Of a stretch of 28,912 bases of DNA, positions 1 to 7,979 are shown in pieces. The notes under the pieces are model-generated. The model searched no databases. It saw only the letters and a program-made list of their open reading frames with translations, and was not told where the DNA came from. The stretch lies in the UHGV virus genome UHGV-1359478, one strand, 5' to 3'. The translations under genes were made by a program, and so were the position numbers. This stretch comes from a virus. Positions within the stretch are counted from its first letter, which is position 1. Each line of letters begins with the position of its first letter.

Positions 1-193
1 AATTGATAAGCAATGCTTTTTTATAATGCCAACTTAGTATAAAAAAGCTGAACGACAAACAGAAAACATTGTAAATATCAATATGTTATAAAAGATTTAG
101 TCTAAATAATAGACTACATAATACTACAAAACACAACATATCCAGTCACTATGAATCAACCACTTAGATGGTATTAGTGACCTGTAACAGAGC
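1..193. other. attP: lambda-type attP region: P' arm (1-33), core (34-48), P arm with arm-type Int sites (49-~193)
   Basis: Reverse complement of 1-50 reads CAGCTTTTTTATACTAAGTTGGCATTATAAAAAAGCATTGCTTATCAATT, matching my memory of lambda attP core plus P' arm. Arm-type Int-site-like motifs CAGTCACTAT (143-152) and CAGGTCACTAATA (rc of 172-184). AT-rich. Confidence 0.75.
34..48. other. 15-bp att common core (GCTTTTTTATACTAA on the minus strand)
   Basis: Exact 15/15 match to the lambda core sequence as I remember it; flanked by an 11-bp inverted copy at 15-25. Confidence 0.75.
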
Positions 194-194
194 A

Positions 195-235
195 TTAGCG
201 CAAGGTGATTTTTTGTCTTCTTGCGCTAATTTTTT
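195..235 (+). terminator. Rho-independent terminator, tI/sib-like (would terminate int-direction transcripts coming through att)
   Basis: 10-bp perfect inverted repeat TTAGCGCAAG (195-204) / CTTGCGCTAA (220-229) followed by TTTTTT (230-235). Position relative to att matches lambda sib/tI. Confidence 0.5.
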
Positions 236-348
236 GTCAATGCACTGGGTTAGTTGAATTTACAACCATGCTCAGTATCTCGATAAGCGCAGGTAGATGA
301 TGCAGTGGTGGGCTGATTACATCGATGGTCGTGCAGGAGTGTAAGCCA

Positions 349-1380
349 TTACGCGAATTCTTCCACGATCGCCATGCCAGTAGCACCATCACCACCGGTA
401 AATGCCGTACCGGTAAACCCAAGGTCATACGCGCCACCACCACCGGATCCGGGAGCTGCGCCAGCAATACCGGCCTGAGAACCCGCCCGGCCACCGCCGC
501 CAAAATACGACGCCCCGCCGTTGCCCGTCAGAAGGCTTGAGCCTGTCTGTCCATCTGAGCCGGTACCACCGTTGATCCTGATATCTCCGGTCGCCGCCGT
601 ACCTCCGGCGCCGCCGGCGGTATTGGACACGCCTGACTTCACGCCGCCTTTCCCGCCAGGAGCTGAGAACAGGCTGGCAAACGAGGTGGCCCCACCATCC
701 GCACCACTTACTGCGCCAACTCCACCCTTACCACCCTTGCCGACAGTAATCGCATAAGAACTGGCAGCAGACAGGTCAACCCATACGATAATGGTCGCGC
801 CCGCGCCGCCGCCAGCACCGGAGAAGGTTTCGGTGTTATTAGATGCCTGGCACCCGCCACCGCCGCCACCGCCTCCGACCAACGTTACTTTTGCATAACG
901 GGCCAGAGGAGAGCGCGTATAGGTTCCGTTTGCATAGAACGCTTTTGGAGCGCCAAGAGAACGCCCGACAAAACCAGAGGAATCAGATATTCCGAGGTTA
1001 TAACGGGCTTCATTTACCGCATCCTCACCGGCATCTTTAATTTCTGACAGGTTATTGCTGATCTGCAGGAAAGATAATAAAGACCCGGCGGTCATTAAAT
1101 TCGCAACAATGTCATTCGTTGACCATACACGTGCCGTAGTTCCTTCCTGACCACGAATTACTGTCATCACGTCACCGGATACAGACGTGACGTGCATAAT
1201 TTCAGAAATTGTTTTCGTGGCCGCGTCGGTTATCGTTAATTTGAAATAACTCTGCCCTGATACAGGGGACGGGAATAAAGACCCCGCTCCAGTACCCACG
1301 GTAATAACGGTAGCGGACGCGCTAATACCCGCAGCGAGAACACTCTTTGCGTTATTATTGGCTAATAGCTTCAGCGCCAT
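349..1380 (-). CDS. Tail fiber protein 2: N-terminal anchor domain shared with fiber 1, glycine-rich C-terminal region
   Basis: 343-aa ORF. First ~100 aa align with the N-terminus of the 961-aa fiber (MAL.LLA.NNA.S.LA..ISA...GTGA...P...G.SYFKLT.TDAAT...GD..T..R.QEGT.AR.W..ND.VAN.MTA). C-terminal half is long Gly/Ala/Ser/Thr runs including a G8 run. Confidence 0.7.
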   Translation of the reverse strand: MALKLLANNNAKSVLAAGISASATVITVGTGAGSLFPSPVSGQSYFKLTITDAATKTISEIMHVTSVSGDVMTVIRGQEGTTARVWSTNDIVANLMTAGSLLSFLQISNNLSEIKDAGEDAVNEARYNLGISDSSGFVGRSLGAPKAFYANGTYTRSPLARYAKVTLVGGGGGGGGCQASNNTETFSGAGGGAGATIIVWVDLSAASSYAITVGKGGKGGVGAVSGADGGATSFASLFSAPGGKGGVKSGVSNTAGGAGGTAATGDIRINGGTGSDGQTGSSLLTGNGGASYFGGGGRAGSQAGIAGAAPGSGGGGAYDLGFTGTAFTGGDGATGMAIVEEFA

Positions 1381-1435
1381 ATATACCCCAGTTAAATAAT
1401 AGAATTATCGGAACGAACATCGCAGATAGTAAACG

Positions 1436-1711
1436 TCACGACGCCGATGACAGTAACATCGTCCAGGGCTNNNNNNNNNNNNNNNNNNNNNNNNNNNNNN
1501 NNNNNNNNNNNNNNNNNNNNNNNNNNNNNNNNNNNNNNNNNNNNNNNNNNNNNNNNNNNNNTTGGCTACCCTGCTTTGGCTTCAGGGAGATATCCAGTAC
1601 AACGTAACCACCAGATCGCTCGAAGACGAGCGTATTTGGACCGACATTGCAGATCGAGTTAACCGTTAATCGCTGTTCCGTGTAGTCCGTCGCCGGTGAT
1701 GGAAAGCCCAT
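1436..1711 (-). CDS. Hypothetical protein, interrupted by the assembly gap (true length unknown)
   Basis: ATG at 1711..1709 overlaps the stop of the upstream gene (TAATG); GGGGAGGG Shine-Dalgarno 7 nt upstream. The ORF runs through the N run at 1471-1561. Confidence 0.35.
   Translation of the reverse strand: MGFPSPATDYTEQRLTVNSICNVGPNTLVFERSGGYVVLDISLKPKQGSQXXXXXXXXXXXXXXXXXXXXXXXXXXXXXXXPWTMLLSSAS
1471..1561. other. Assembly gap (91 N)
   Basis: Run of n characters in the sequence. Confidence 0.99.
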
Positions 1712-1950
1712 TACAGAACCCTCCCCATGTTGGCCATCATCCACAGGCGGTTTTCGCTGTGCTCTGCCGTTTTGTCGACGAAATAAGACTGCTCACGTGC
1801 GATCCAGGCGTTAGCCTCCACCTCGGAAAAGTGGATGCCGCGCCGGCGCAGCGCTGACACAAAATCCTTTGTGTGCAGGTACTGGTATCCTTTGGGGTTA
1901 CGCAATACCGACTCGCGGAATGCCTGATTGATGTCTGACTGTCGAAGCAT
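1711..1950 (-). CDS. Hypothetical small protein (~79 aa), function unknown
   Basis: ORF MLRQSDINQAFRESVLRNPKGYQYLHTKDFVSALRRRGIHF... between the two fiber genes. Start is either ATG at 1950 or GTG at 1971. Confidence 0.5.
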   Translation of the reverse strand: MLRQSDINQAFRESVLRNPKGYQYLHTKDFVSALRRRGIHFSEVEANAWIAREQSYFVDKTAEHSENRLWMMANMGRVL

Positions 1951-2041
1951 GATCTGCCATCCGATGAACACTGTTTTTATATACAGTAGTTTTATCGAGA
2001 GGGAAGATCAACCCCGTTCAGTCTGCGTAGGTTTTTTGTGC

Positions 2042-2329
2042 TTAGAGGGCAACAGCCCCAGCAAACTCTTCAGCTTGCATAAGTTGCCCTTCAGCCTGTT
2101 CTGTCCACGGCTTTGATGACAAAGCGTCCAGAGTTACCGCATACTCTCCTGCGTTAACTTTCGCCGCATCATTATATCGAACAGATACTGAGGCTTTAAC
2201 TTGACCTGCATCATCCTGTCTGACGCTTTCTACTGCATAAATTAAATCTATTTCAACATCCTTGTCGCAGAGATATCCTCAGAGATAATAAATCTGGACA
2301 GTTTTTACTGCTGAAATTTTAAAAGCCAT
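2042..2329 (-). pseudogene. Small ORF directly downstream of fiber 1, interrupted by an in-frame TGA at 2279..2281
   Basis: AAGGA Shine-Dalgarno then ATG 6 nt later. MAFKISAVKTVQIYYL-TGA-GYLCDKDVEIDL... continues in the same frame for 78 more codons. The stop lies in the first copy of a direct repeat TATCTCTGAGGA/TATCTCTGCGAC. Confidence 0.35.
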
Positions 2330-2338
2330 GATAATTCC

Positions 2339-5224
2339 TTATGCTGCAGAGTAATATTTATCTCCGAATATGAGATTGGCAATCTTCCTTGCCGCGACTT
2401 TCAGCGTGTAGTCGAAAGTTACGGTGTACCCGTTATCGTTCATGTGGTTGTAGTTCCCAACCGGGACGTTATATACCGACGAGTAGCCGCCCACCTCTAC
2501 GCCATACTTAAAGAACGACTTTTCACAATCGGCGAGGAACGCGCCTTTTTGACGTGCGACGACCCTTTGCATATTATTCACCATTTCGAACCGCACATCC
2601 CCCTGCACCTTAACACCGCTGCCGGACCAGTCTTTTGTTACAAAGGAAACTGACGGTGCAGGGTAAAGAATATCCTCAGCGATGGACTGCAGGTTAACGT
2701 GCCGGATCGCTGTCGAGTAGCTTCCACTTGCCGGGATTGCCTCCTGGACAGTTATGGTATTCCGGTCAGAGGAAATGGCTGTGATAGTGTAGTTGCCGGC
2801 GTTGTCTCCGCTTTCTACGCGCAGAGTATGCCCTGGCTTCAGAATATCGCCGCCATAATTCGGGTTAGCAAAGTTACTTTGCGTGATAGTGTTAGCGACT
2901 GCGTCAAAGACATAATTACTTGTTACATTATATGTCCTAACTGGCCAGAACAGTGGGTTTCCGCCGGGGATTGTGGGATACGTTTGGGACATTTCTACGT
3001 TATGGTGCGGCGTAGTACAGATGATCGGTATCGCCCCCCGTGCCAGGCACAGGTCAACCAGCTCCTCTAGCGTCCGTTTCTGCCCCGGGAAAGTGAGTCC
3101 CATGTTGAAGTTGCCAACAGGTGCATCATTCATGCCGCCAACAATCAAAACAAAGTCAGAGGTTGAATAAGGCGAATTAGCTAACTGGGCAGCGAACTGC
3201 TGGAATGCCTGGGTCGGTATGCACTGGTTATCATCGATGATGTCGAACTCGCCATACTGCTTAAGCTCTTCCTTCAAGGCGTTGACGAACAGCGTGTTCG
3301 GAGCATAAGGAGCACCCGCCGCTCCGCCGCCAGTGGAACCAGCCCCAACACCCACAGAAGGCCCAATGGACGTACAAATTATCTGGCGCTTTGTGACGGT
3401 CTTTACCCCCGCGGACCAAGTTATAGCACCGAATGGCGACTGGTCTGAAGATACCCCGGTGCCCACGAGTTTATCCGCCAGAGCAGCATAAGGGTCTGTC
3501 AGCGCCCCCTTGAGGGTCGTAACGTCTTTTGAGAGGGTCTGTATATCTGTGGTTGGATCACCGGCATACAACAGCTTAAAGTTATTCTGCGGAGAGCCAC
3601 GGTATTGCACAGTGGCTGGCATTGCCGCCCGCAGTTCTCCACCAGTTAGCGCAGTATTCGCCCCTTTGAATAAGTTACGCGTGACTGTGTTACCGTACAT
3701 GTCGGTGATGACAAGAGTCATAGCACCTGTATTTGCAGCAACTGGCTCAAAAGTAAGCTGAGTTCCATCTCCAAGTAACCCGGGAATTGTTAATGCTACT
3801 GAGTTAGGACTGGTAGCATCACTGGTAACAGTTGCCTTTGAATAACCATTAAGTACACGACTTCTGTCAGCCGGGTAGGTCAGCATCCGAAAATCTGCTG
3901 ATGAAAAATTAAATTTGATTAAATACGTGTAGCCCGCTACCAAATCTCCCGCAGCGACGTTGGTCCCGTTATTTTGCTTAATCTGCCTCGCCGTACCACC
4001 ATTAACGGAAAGAGTTGGCGTGCGGGTTATATTAGTGGCGCTTGGCGTAAAAAGAAAGACACGATCAGACGCAACAATTCCAGGGATTGCAGATGCGGTA
4101 CCGGAATAGGCATCTCCAGTATTAGCAACGCCAGACAATAACGCTACGCTATTTAATTCAAGCGTGGAAATTCTTGACGCAAGTTCAGCAGCTACTGGGC
4201 CGGATGCCACAAGGACAAAATTGTTAGCAGTCCCAGTGCGGAATTCCATCAGTGCGGGCTGATTGAGAAGCAACTCATTCCCAACTAAAGCTGCATTATT
4301 TTGTTTCTGTATTGCCCGAGTAACCGAGTTCCCCCTGGCATCTGTCACGGTAACGCTAACAGCCGCCGTATTCAAAATAGGAGACAGGAAATAAATCAAA
4401 CTGCCATCCACTAATAATCCGGGGATAGTGATAGCAATGGTATTAGCCGCACCGCTACTCACAGCTGTAGCAGACTGGTAACCCATTGGCATTGCGGATG
4501 GCATTTTCCGTCCAGTAGGCTGCAGCGTTCCTGAGGTGTTAATAACCTCAATCGCAAGAGTTGCGTCGTCAGCGCTTCGATAATACGCGGTTGATCCGAT
4601 GGGGATATTTCCAGCGTCTGCATCAGCCTGCGCAGCCGCCAGCGTAGGGAATTCGCGTATGGTATTAGTTATAGATCCCTGTCCGGGGAACTCAGCAACC
4701 TCTTGTGCTACGCCTGAGTTATTTTTGTAATAACGGAAAGCAAGGACATTTCCTGTCCCCTGGGGAACGCGGAAGTATTGCCCGCTCGTCGTCGCTGCAA
4801 GTCCAGCCGCCGTATCAGCAAAGGTTGATTTATTGTCACCAAACTCCGACGCGCTAAGTGCATATCCCTGCGCCTCTTCCGCTGAATCAGATGCCTGTTT
4901 TGCAAAATCAGCGATCACATTCAGCGTGTCAGCGGTCATCATGTTGGCAACCATATCATTGGCCGCCCACGCTCGCGCCAGCGTCCCTTCCTGTGCGCGT
5001 TCAATCGTGAAGATGTCTCCAGCCTTGGCTGTCACGTTCACGATCTCAACCTGTGAGCCAGTGGCGGCATCGGTGAGAGTGAGCTTAAAGTAACTCTCGC
5101 CTGCCACAGCATCAGGGAACTCGGCACCAGTTCCAGCGCTAACGATCAGCGACGTGTCGGTTGCGCTGATAGCAGAAGCCAGCGTGCTTTCTGCGTTGTT
5201 TGTAGCCAAAAGGGTTAGTGCCAT
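2339..5224 (-). CDS. Tail fiber protein 1 (961 aa): shared N-terminal anchor, three internal tandem repeats, C-terminal domain with a GxND motif (possible SGNH-type esterase)
   Basis: Long ORF; likely start is ATG at 5224 with a GGAGGA Shine-Dalgarno (the track ORF starts 7 codons earlier at a non-ATG). N-terminus homologous to fiber 2. Repeated ~90-aa units containing IPGLL.DG...GN.VTR. C-terminal LIVGGMNDA motif. Confidence 0.8.
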   Translation of the reverse strand: MALTLLATNNAESTLASAISATDTSLIVSAGTGAEFPDAVAGESYFKLTLTDAATGSQVEIVNVTAKAGDIFTIERAQEGTLARAWAANDMVANMMTADTLNVIADFAKQASDSAEEAQGYALSASEFGDNKSTFADTAAGLAATTSGQYFRVPQGTGNVLAFRYYKNNSGVAQEVAEFPGQGSITNTIREFPTLAAAQADADAGNIPIGSTAYYRSADDATLAIEVINTSGTLQPTGRKMPSAMPMGYQSATAVSSGAANTIAITIPGLLVDGSLIYFLSPILNTAAVSVTVTDARGNSVTRAIQKQNNAALVGNELLLNQPALMEFRTGTANNFVLVASGPVAAELASRISTLELNSVALLSGVANTGDAYSGTASAIPGIVASDRVFLFTPSATNITRTPTLSVNGGTARQIKQNNGTNVAAGDLVAGYTYLIKFNFSSADFRMLTYPADRSRVLNGYSKATVTSDATSPNSVALTIPGLLGDGTQLTFEPVAANTGAMTLVITDMYGNTVTRNLFKGANTALTGGELRAAMPATVQYRGSPQNNFKLLYAGDPTTDIQTLSKDVTTLKGALTDPYAALADKLVGTGVSSDQSPFGAITWSAGVKTVTKRQIICTSIGPSVGVGAGSTGGGAAGAPYAPNTLFVNALKEELKQYGEFDIIDDNQCIPTQAFQQFAAQLANSPYSTSDFVLIVGGMNDAPVGNFNMGLTFPGQKRTLEELVDLCLARGAIPIICTTPHHNVEMSQTYPTIPGGNPLFWPVRTYNVTSNYVFDAVANTITQSNFANPNYGGDILKPGHTLRVESGDNAGNYTITAISSDRNTITVQEAIPASGSYSTAIRHVNLQSIAEDILYPAPSVSFVTKDWSGSGVKVQGDVRFEMVNNMQRVVARQKGAFLADCEKSFFKYGVEVGGYSSVYNVPVGNYNHMNDNGYTVTFDYTLKVAARKIANLIFGDKYYSAA

Positions 5225-5246
5225 GTATCCTCCGGGATTAGGCAAT

Positions 5247-5271
5247 AAAAAAACCGCAAGCGCGGCCTTTT
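5247..5271. terminator. Short GC hairpin flanked by A7 and T4 (weak bidirectional terminator candidate)
   Basis: AAAAAAA-CCGC-AAGC-GCGG-CC-TTTT. On the minus strand the stem is followed by T7. The stem is only 4 bp, so this is weak. Confidence 0.3.
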
Positions 5272-5273
5272 AA

Positions 5274-5552
5274 ATGGTGAATATTATGAATAATGCTTCT
5301 ATTGCTATTTTAAAAATACTTTTAGGAACTCTATCTACTTTATTAATACTCCTTTCGTTCGCCTTGCTTATTATTTTATTTGGATTTCTTTTTCAGCAAG
5401 GAATGCCGCCAATAGATATGATAAAAATGTCATCCATTTTGTTTTTATCAATAGTTGTGCTGTATATAATTTGTCAGAGCGTTAAATCACATCTGTATAT
5501 AACAATAGATAATCGAGATAAAAACCTAATCAAATATCTCAACCGTGACTGA
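5274..5552 (+). CDS. Moron: small hydrophobic (two predicted TM helices) protein encoded antisense to the late operon in an AT-rich island
   Basis: 92-codon open frame in a strongly AT-rich 300-bp segment, where random ORFs of this length are unlikely. Product MNNASIAILKILLGTLSTLLILLSFALLIILFGFLF... is highly hydrophobic. No minus-strand ORF longer than 14 codons in this interval. Opposite strand to all neighbours. Confidence 0.5.
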   Translation: MVNIMNNASIAILKILLGTLSTLLILLSFALLIILFGFLFQQGMPPIDMIKMSSILFLSIVVLYIICQSVKSHLYITIDNRDKNLIKYLNRD

Positions 5553-6230
5553 CTGGTAAAACGGCATGTGCAGCAGGCCGCTATCCATGGCCTGCTTGAA
5601 AAAAATGGCGAACTCGAAATCCTCAGTGATCACAAAGGCCGTGTCCTTCTGGTTGTACTTCCTGGAGTTATAGGCCGATGCATTGTAGATAGCGCTCCGC
5701 GTGAACATGCGGCGCCCTTTATAGATGGAAATCACGATACCGCCATCCACAAACTGGATCGAGATACTCCATCGCTGGTCGTTGAGAATGTCGGTGCCAT
5801 TCACTCCCAAAAGGAACCGCAGAATACGCCGCTTTATCCATGGGATAGAGAAATAGAAGCCGTCACCTTTGTAAAAATTCCAGGTCATGATCCGCTTAAA
5901 AAGGTCATCAGAGACAACAACCTGGTTTGACTGGTCAATCACCCGGTACTCATTGAATGCCAGCTGGTTAAATTCGAAGGTGTTATATGGGCCTATCTCC
6001 TGCTGATCGCTGCTGGAAATCACCGGCGGCAAAACGCCATAGATGCCATGGGCAATCCACCGGAGCTGATCTCCGGTGTTGTAGTCACCGATGAAAATCG
6101 GCAGGTTGGCATTAACCATCCAGTCATAAATGCCCTGCGCCATCGAGTTATACGCAGTAAAAAACGCCCGCAGATTTTCATCGTCGTTGTATTGCGTATA
6201 CATATACGACCGGATGATATCGTCCAGCAT
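5526..6230 (-). CDS. Baseplate / tail-fiber attachment protein (hypothetical)
   Basis: 234-aa ORF between a baseplate-wedge-like gene and the fiber; function inferred from gene order only. Confidence 0.5.
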   Translation of the reverse strand: MLDDIIRSYMYTQYNDDENLRAFFTAYNSMAQGIYDWMVNANLPIFIGDYNTGDQLRWIAHGIYGVLPPVISSSDQQEIGPYNTFEFNQLAFNEYRVIDQSNQVVVSDDLFKRIMTWNFYKGDGFYFSIPWIKRRILRFLLGVNGTDILNDQRWSISIQFVDGGIVISIYKGRRMFTRSAIYNASAYNSRKYNQKDTAFVITEDFEFAIFFKQAMDSGLLHMPFYQSVTVEIFD

Positions 6231-6231
6231 G

Positions 6232-7650
6232 CTACGCCCCTGTTACGATCACGCCATCCGACGCGATATAAAAATAACTGAACTTATCGCCGCTGATGAT
6301 ATTCGTCCCGGCATCCGGTGGCGTTATCACACCATTGATGGTGACCACGACGTTTAAAGTGCTGATCAGCCCCATGTCGATTGTCGAGTTAATCGCCTGT
6401 AAGAATGCGTCTTTCAGGTTGTTAACGTTCAGCGGTTTCCCGGCGAATATGCCGTTCACATACTGAATCGTAGGAGCCGAGACCAGAGAGGCGACCGTCG
6501 CATCAGTCAGGTAGTTAACACTTTCGGTCCCCCACTGATACGTCACAGTGACCCGCTGCAGCAATGGCGTCACGAACGGGATCACGTAGTTATCAGGCCA
6601 GTCATTCACCGTCACGGTATTGTTTCTGACGTTCGGTGTCACCTCGCCGCCGCCTCCCCAGGTCCCGGATGAAGTGGTATCAATCCCGATGGAAAAAGTG
6701 TGAGGAGACAGTACCGTCACGGTCAGAGGAACGTCATTAATACCCGTCATCCCGGTAACGCCAGTGATCCGGATAACCTGGCCGTCAGTGTAGCCATGAG
6801 TCAGGTCTGTGCTGACGACGCCAGGATTTGCATTCGTGATCCCAGTTACATTCAGTGAACACCCTTTCAGCCGGCTGATATCCCCCGCAGACTTATAGAG
6901 CGCGCCAGCAATATCGTAAATATCACCGCCGGCGCACATGACTATCCACTTATCCCCGTCCTGAATGACAGAAACCAGGCGCGCCTGCACGTTATCAAGG
7001 CTGGTGAGATATTGCCGGATAAATCCAGGATATCCCTGAACGGTGGCCATCTGCGCCTGCCATACGCGATCACGAAACTGATAGTTCGTTTCCGGGTCAG
7101 CACCAGGAGTGCCGGCGATCGGGTTGGTGCAGGTAATGGTTACGTCAGACGGTAGACTGGATATGATCTGGTTAACCGTATTTACCGGAACCGCCCAGGT
7201 CCCGGTCTCTGTTCCCTCGCATGATACGCTGGCAGACACTCCTGACGACGAGATTATCGTCGCATCACTGACTGAATAGGTATAGGTCCCATCAGAAACA
7301 ATAAACCCCTGTGGGATAACAAATCCCGCGGGGCCGGAAAACTGAACCGGGACTGTTGTTGTGCCAGCCGTTTTCTGCCCAGGAATACCAGCCTGCTGTG
7401 CGAGAAGCTCCAGCATGGCCAGGTTAGCCTTTAGTGGCCCCACCGAGTTAATCAGGTCAACCCTTGCTTGATCACAAACGATGAGCGCGCCGACATCGGT
7501 ACTGGCCACGTCCTCAATCAGAGATCCAGGCAAATCAGTTGTGAGTCCCGGAGATAGCGCAACTGCCTGAGAAACGAGCTGTGCTCTTAGCTCTTCCGGC
7601 GTCAGAGGAACCGGGCCTGCTGACGTATAGCTGACTGGTAAATCGCTCAT
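6232..7650 (-). CDS. Baseplate wedge protein (J-like) carrying an inserted ~60-aa module
   Basis: 472-aa ORF in the baseplate block. Contains HGYTDGQVIRITGV...TFSIG, a module also seen in two other virion proteins. Confidence 0.5.
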   Translation of the reverse strand: MSDLPVSYTSAGPVPLTPEELRAQLVSQAVALSPGLTTDLPGSLIEDVASTDVGALIVCDQARVDLINSVGPLKANLAMLELLAQQAGIPGQKTAGTTTVPVQFSGPAGFVIPQGFIVSDGTYTYSVSDATIISSSGVSASVSCEGTETGTWAVPVNTVNQIISSLPSDVTITCTNPIAGTPGADPETNYQFRDRVWQAQMATVQGYPGFIRQYLTSLDNVQARLVSVIQDGDKWIVMCAGGDIYDIAGALYKSAGDISRLKGCSLNVTGITNANPGVVSTDLTHGYTDGQVIRITGVTGMTGINDVPLTVTVLSPHTFSIGIDTTSSGTWGGGGEVTPNVRNNTVTVNDWPDNYVIPFVTPLLQRVTVTYQWGTESVNYLTDATVASLVSAPTIQYVNGIFAGKPLNVNNLKDAFLQAINSTIDMGLISTLNVVVTINGVITPPDAGTNIISGDKFSYFYIASDGVIVTGA

Positions 7651-7979
7651 ACGGCCACCTGTGTAATTATTTTTGAACCTGCGTTTGTGATTGCCGAGAT
7701 GTTATAAACAGGCGGGTCATCGCTGATCAGTGCAATCTGCAGCGAGGAAAAATACTGGCTGAACTGTTTTTGAATACGGTTTACGTAATACGTCGGCAGG
7801 ATTTGCTGGATCACCGACCCGGCGGCCGGTATTCCGTTGTTCGCATAAAAGGGTGACTCCTGCGGCGCCAGTTTCAGATTCTGGATCAGGGTGGTTAAAT
7901 ACACCAAGTCATTAAACCCATTTTCGTCGGTTTCCACCAGGACCCACTTCCCCTCAGAGTTTCGGCCATAGGTTCTCAC
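7647..7979 (-). CDS. Small baseplate protein (gp25/W-like by size and position)
   Basis: 110-aa ORF, translationally coupled (overlapping stop/start) with its neighbours. Confidence 0.45.
   Translation of the reverse strand: MRTYGRNSEGKWVLVETDENGFNDLVYLTTLIQNLKLAPQESPFYANNGIPAAGSVIQQILPTYYVNRIQKQFSQYFSSLQIALISDDPPVYNISAITNAGSKIITQVAV

Noticed and set aside
15-48. Inverted repeat GCTTTTTTATA / TATAAAAAAGC as a transcription terminator
   Set aside because: It coincides with the att core and its flanking P' arm sequence; the AT-only stem would be unstable. Better explained as the recombination site.
237-540. ORFs 237..503 (minus) and 325..540 (plus) near the att region
   Set aside because: They overlap the 3' end of fiber 2 and the sib/att non-coding region, have no start context and a low-complexity composition.
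1972-2041. Possible internal promoter (TTGATC ... TACTGT/TATATA) between the first and second small inter-fiber ORFs
   Set aside because: Matches to the -35/-10 consensus are weak and spacing is ambiguous; cannot be supported from sequence alone.
349-5224. Invertible tail-fiber segment (Mu G / P1 C type) or a diversity-generating retroelement
   Set aside because: Both fibers are complete genes in the same orientation with their own N-termini. No invertase gene, no inverted crossover repeats, no reverse transcriptase and no template/variable repeat pair are visible.
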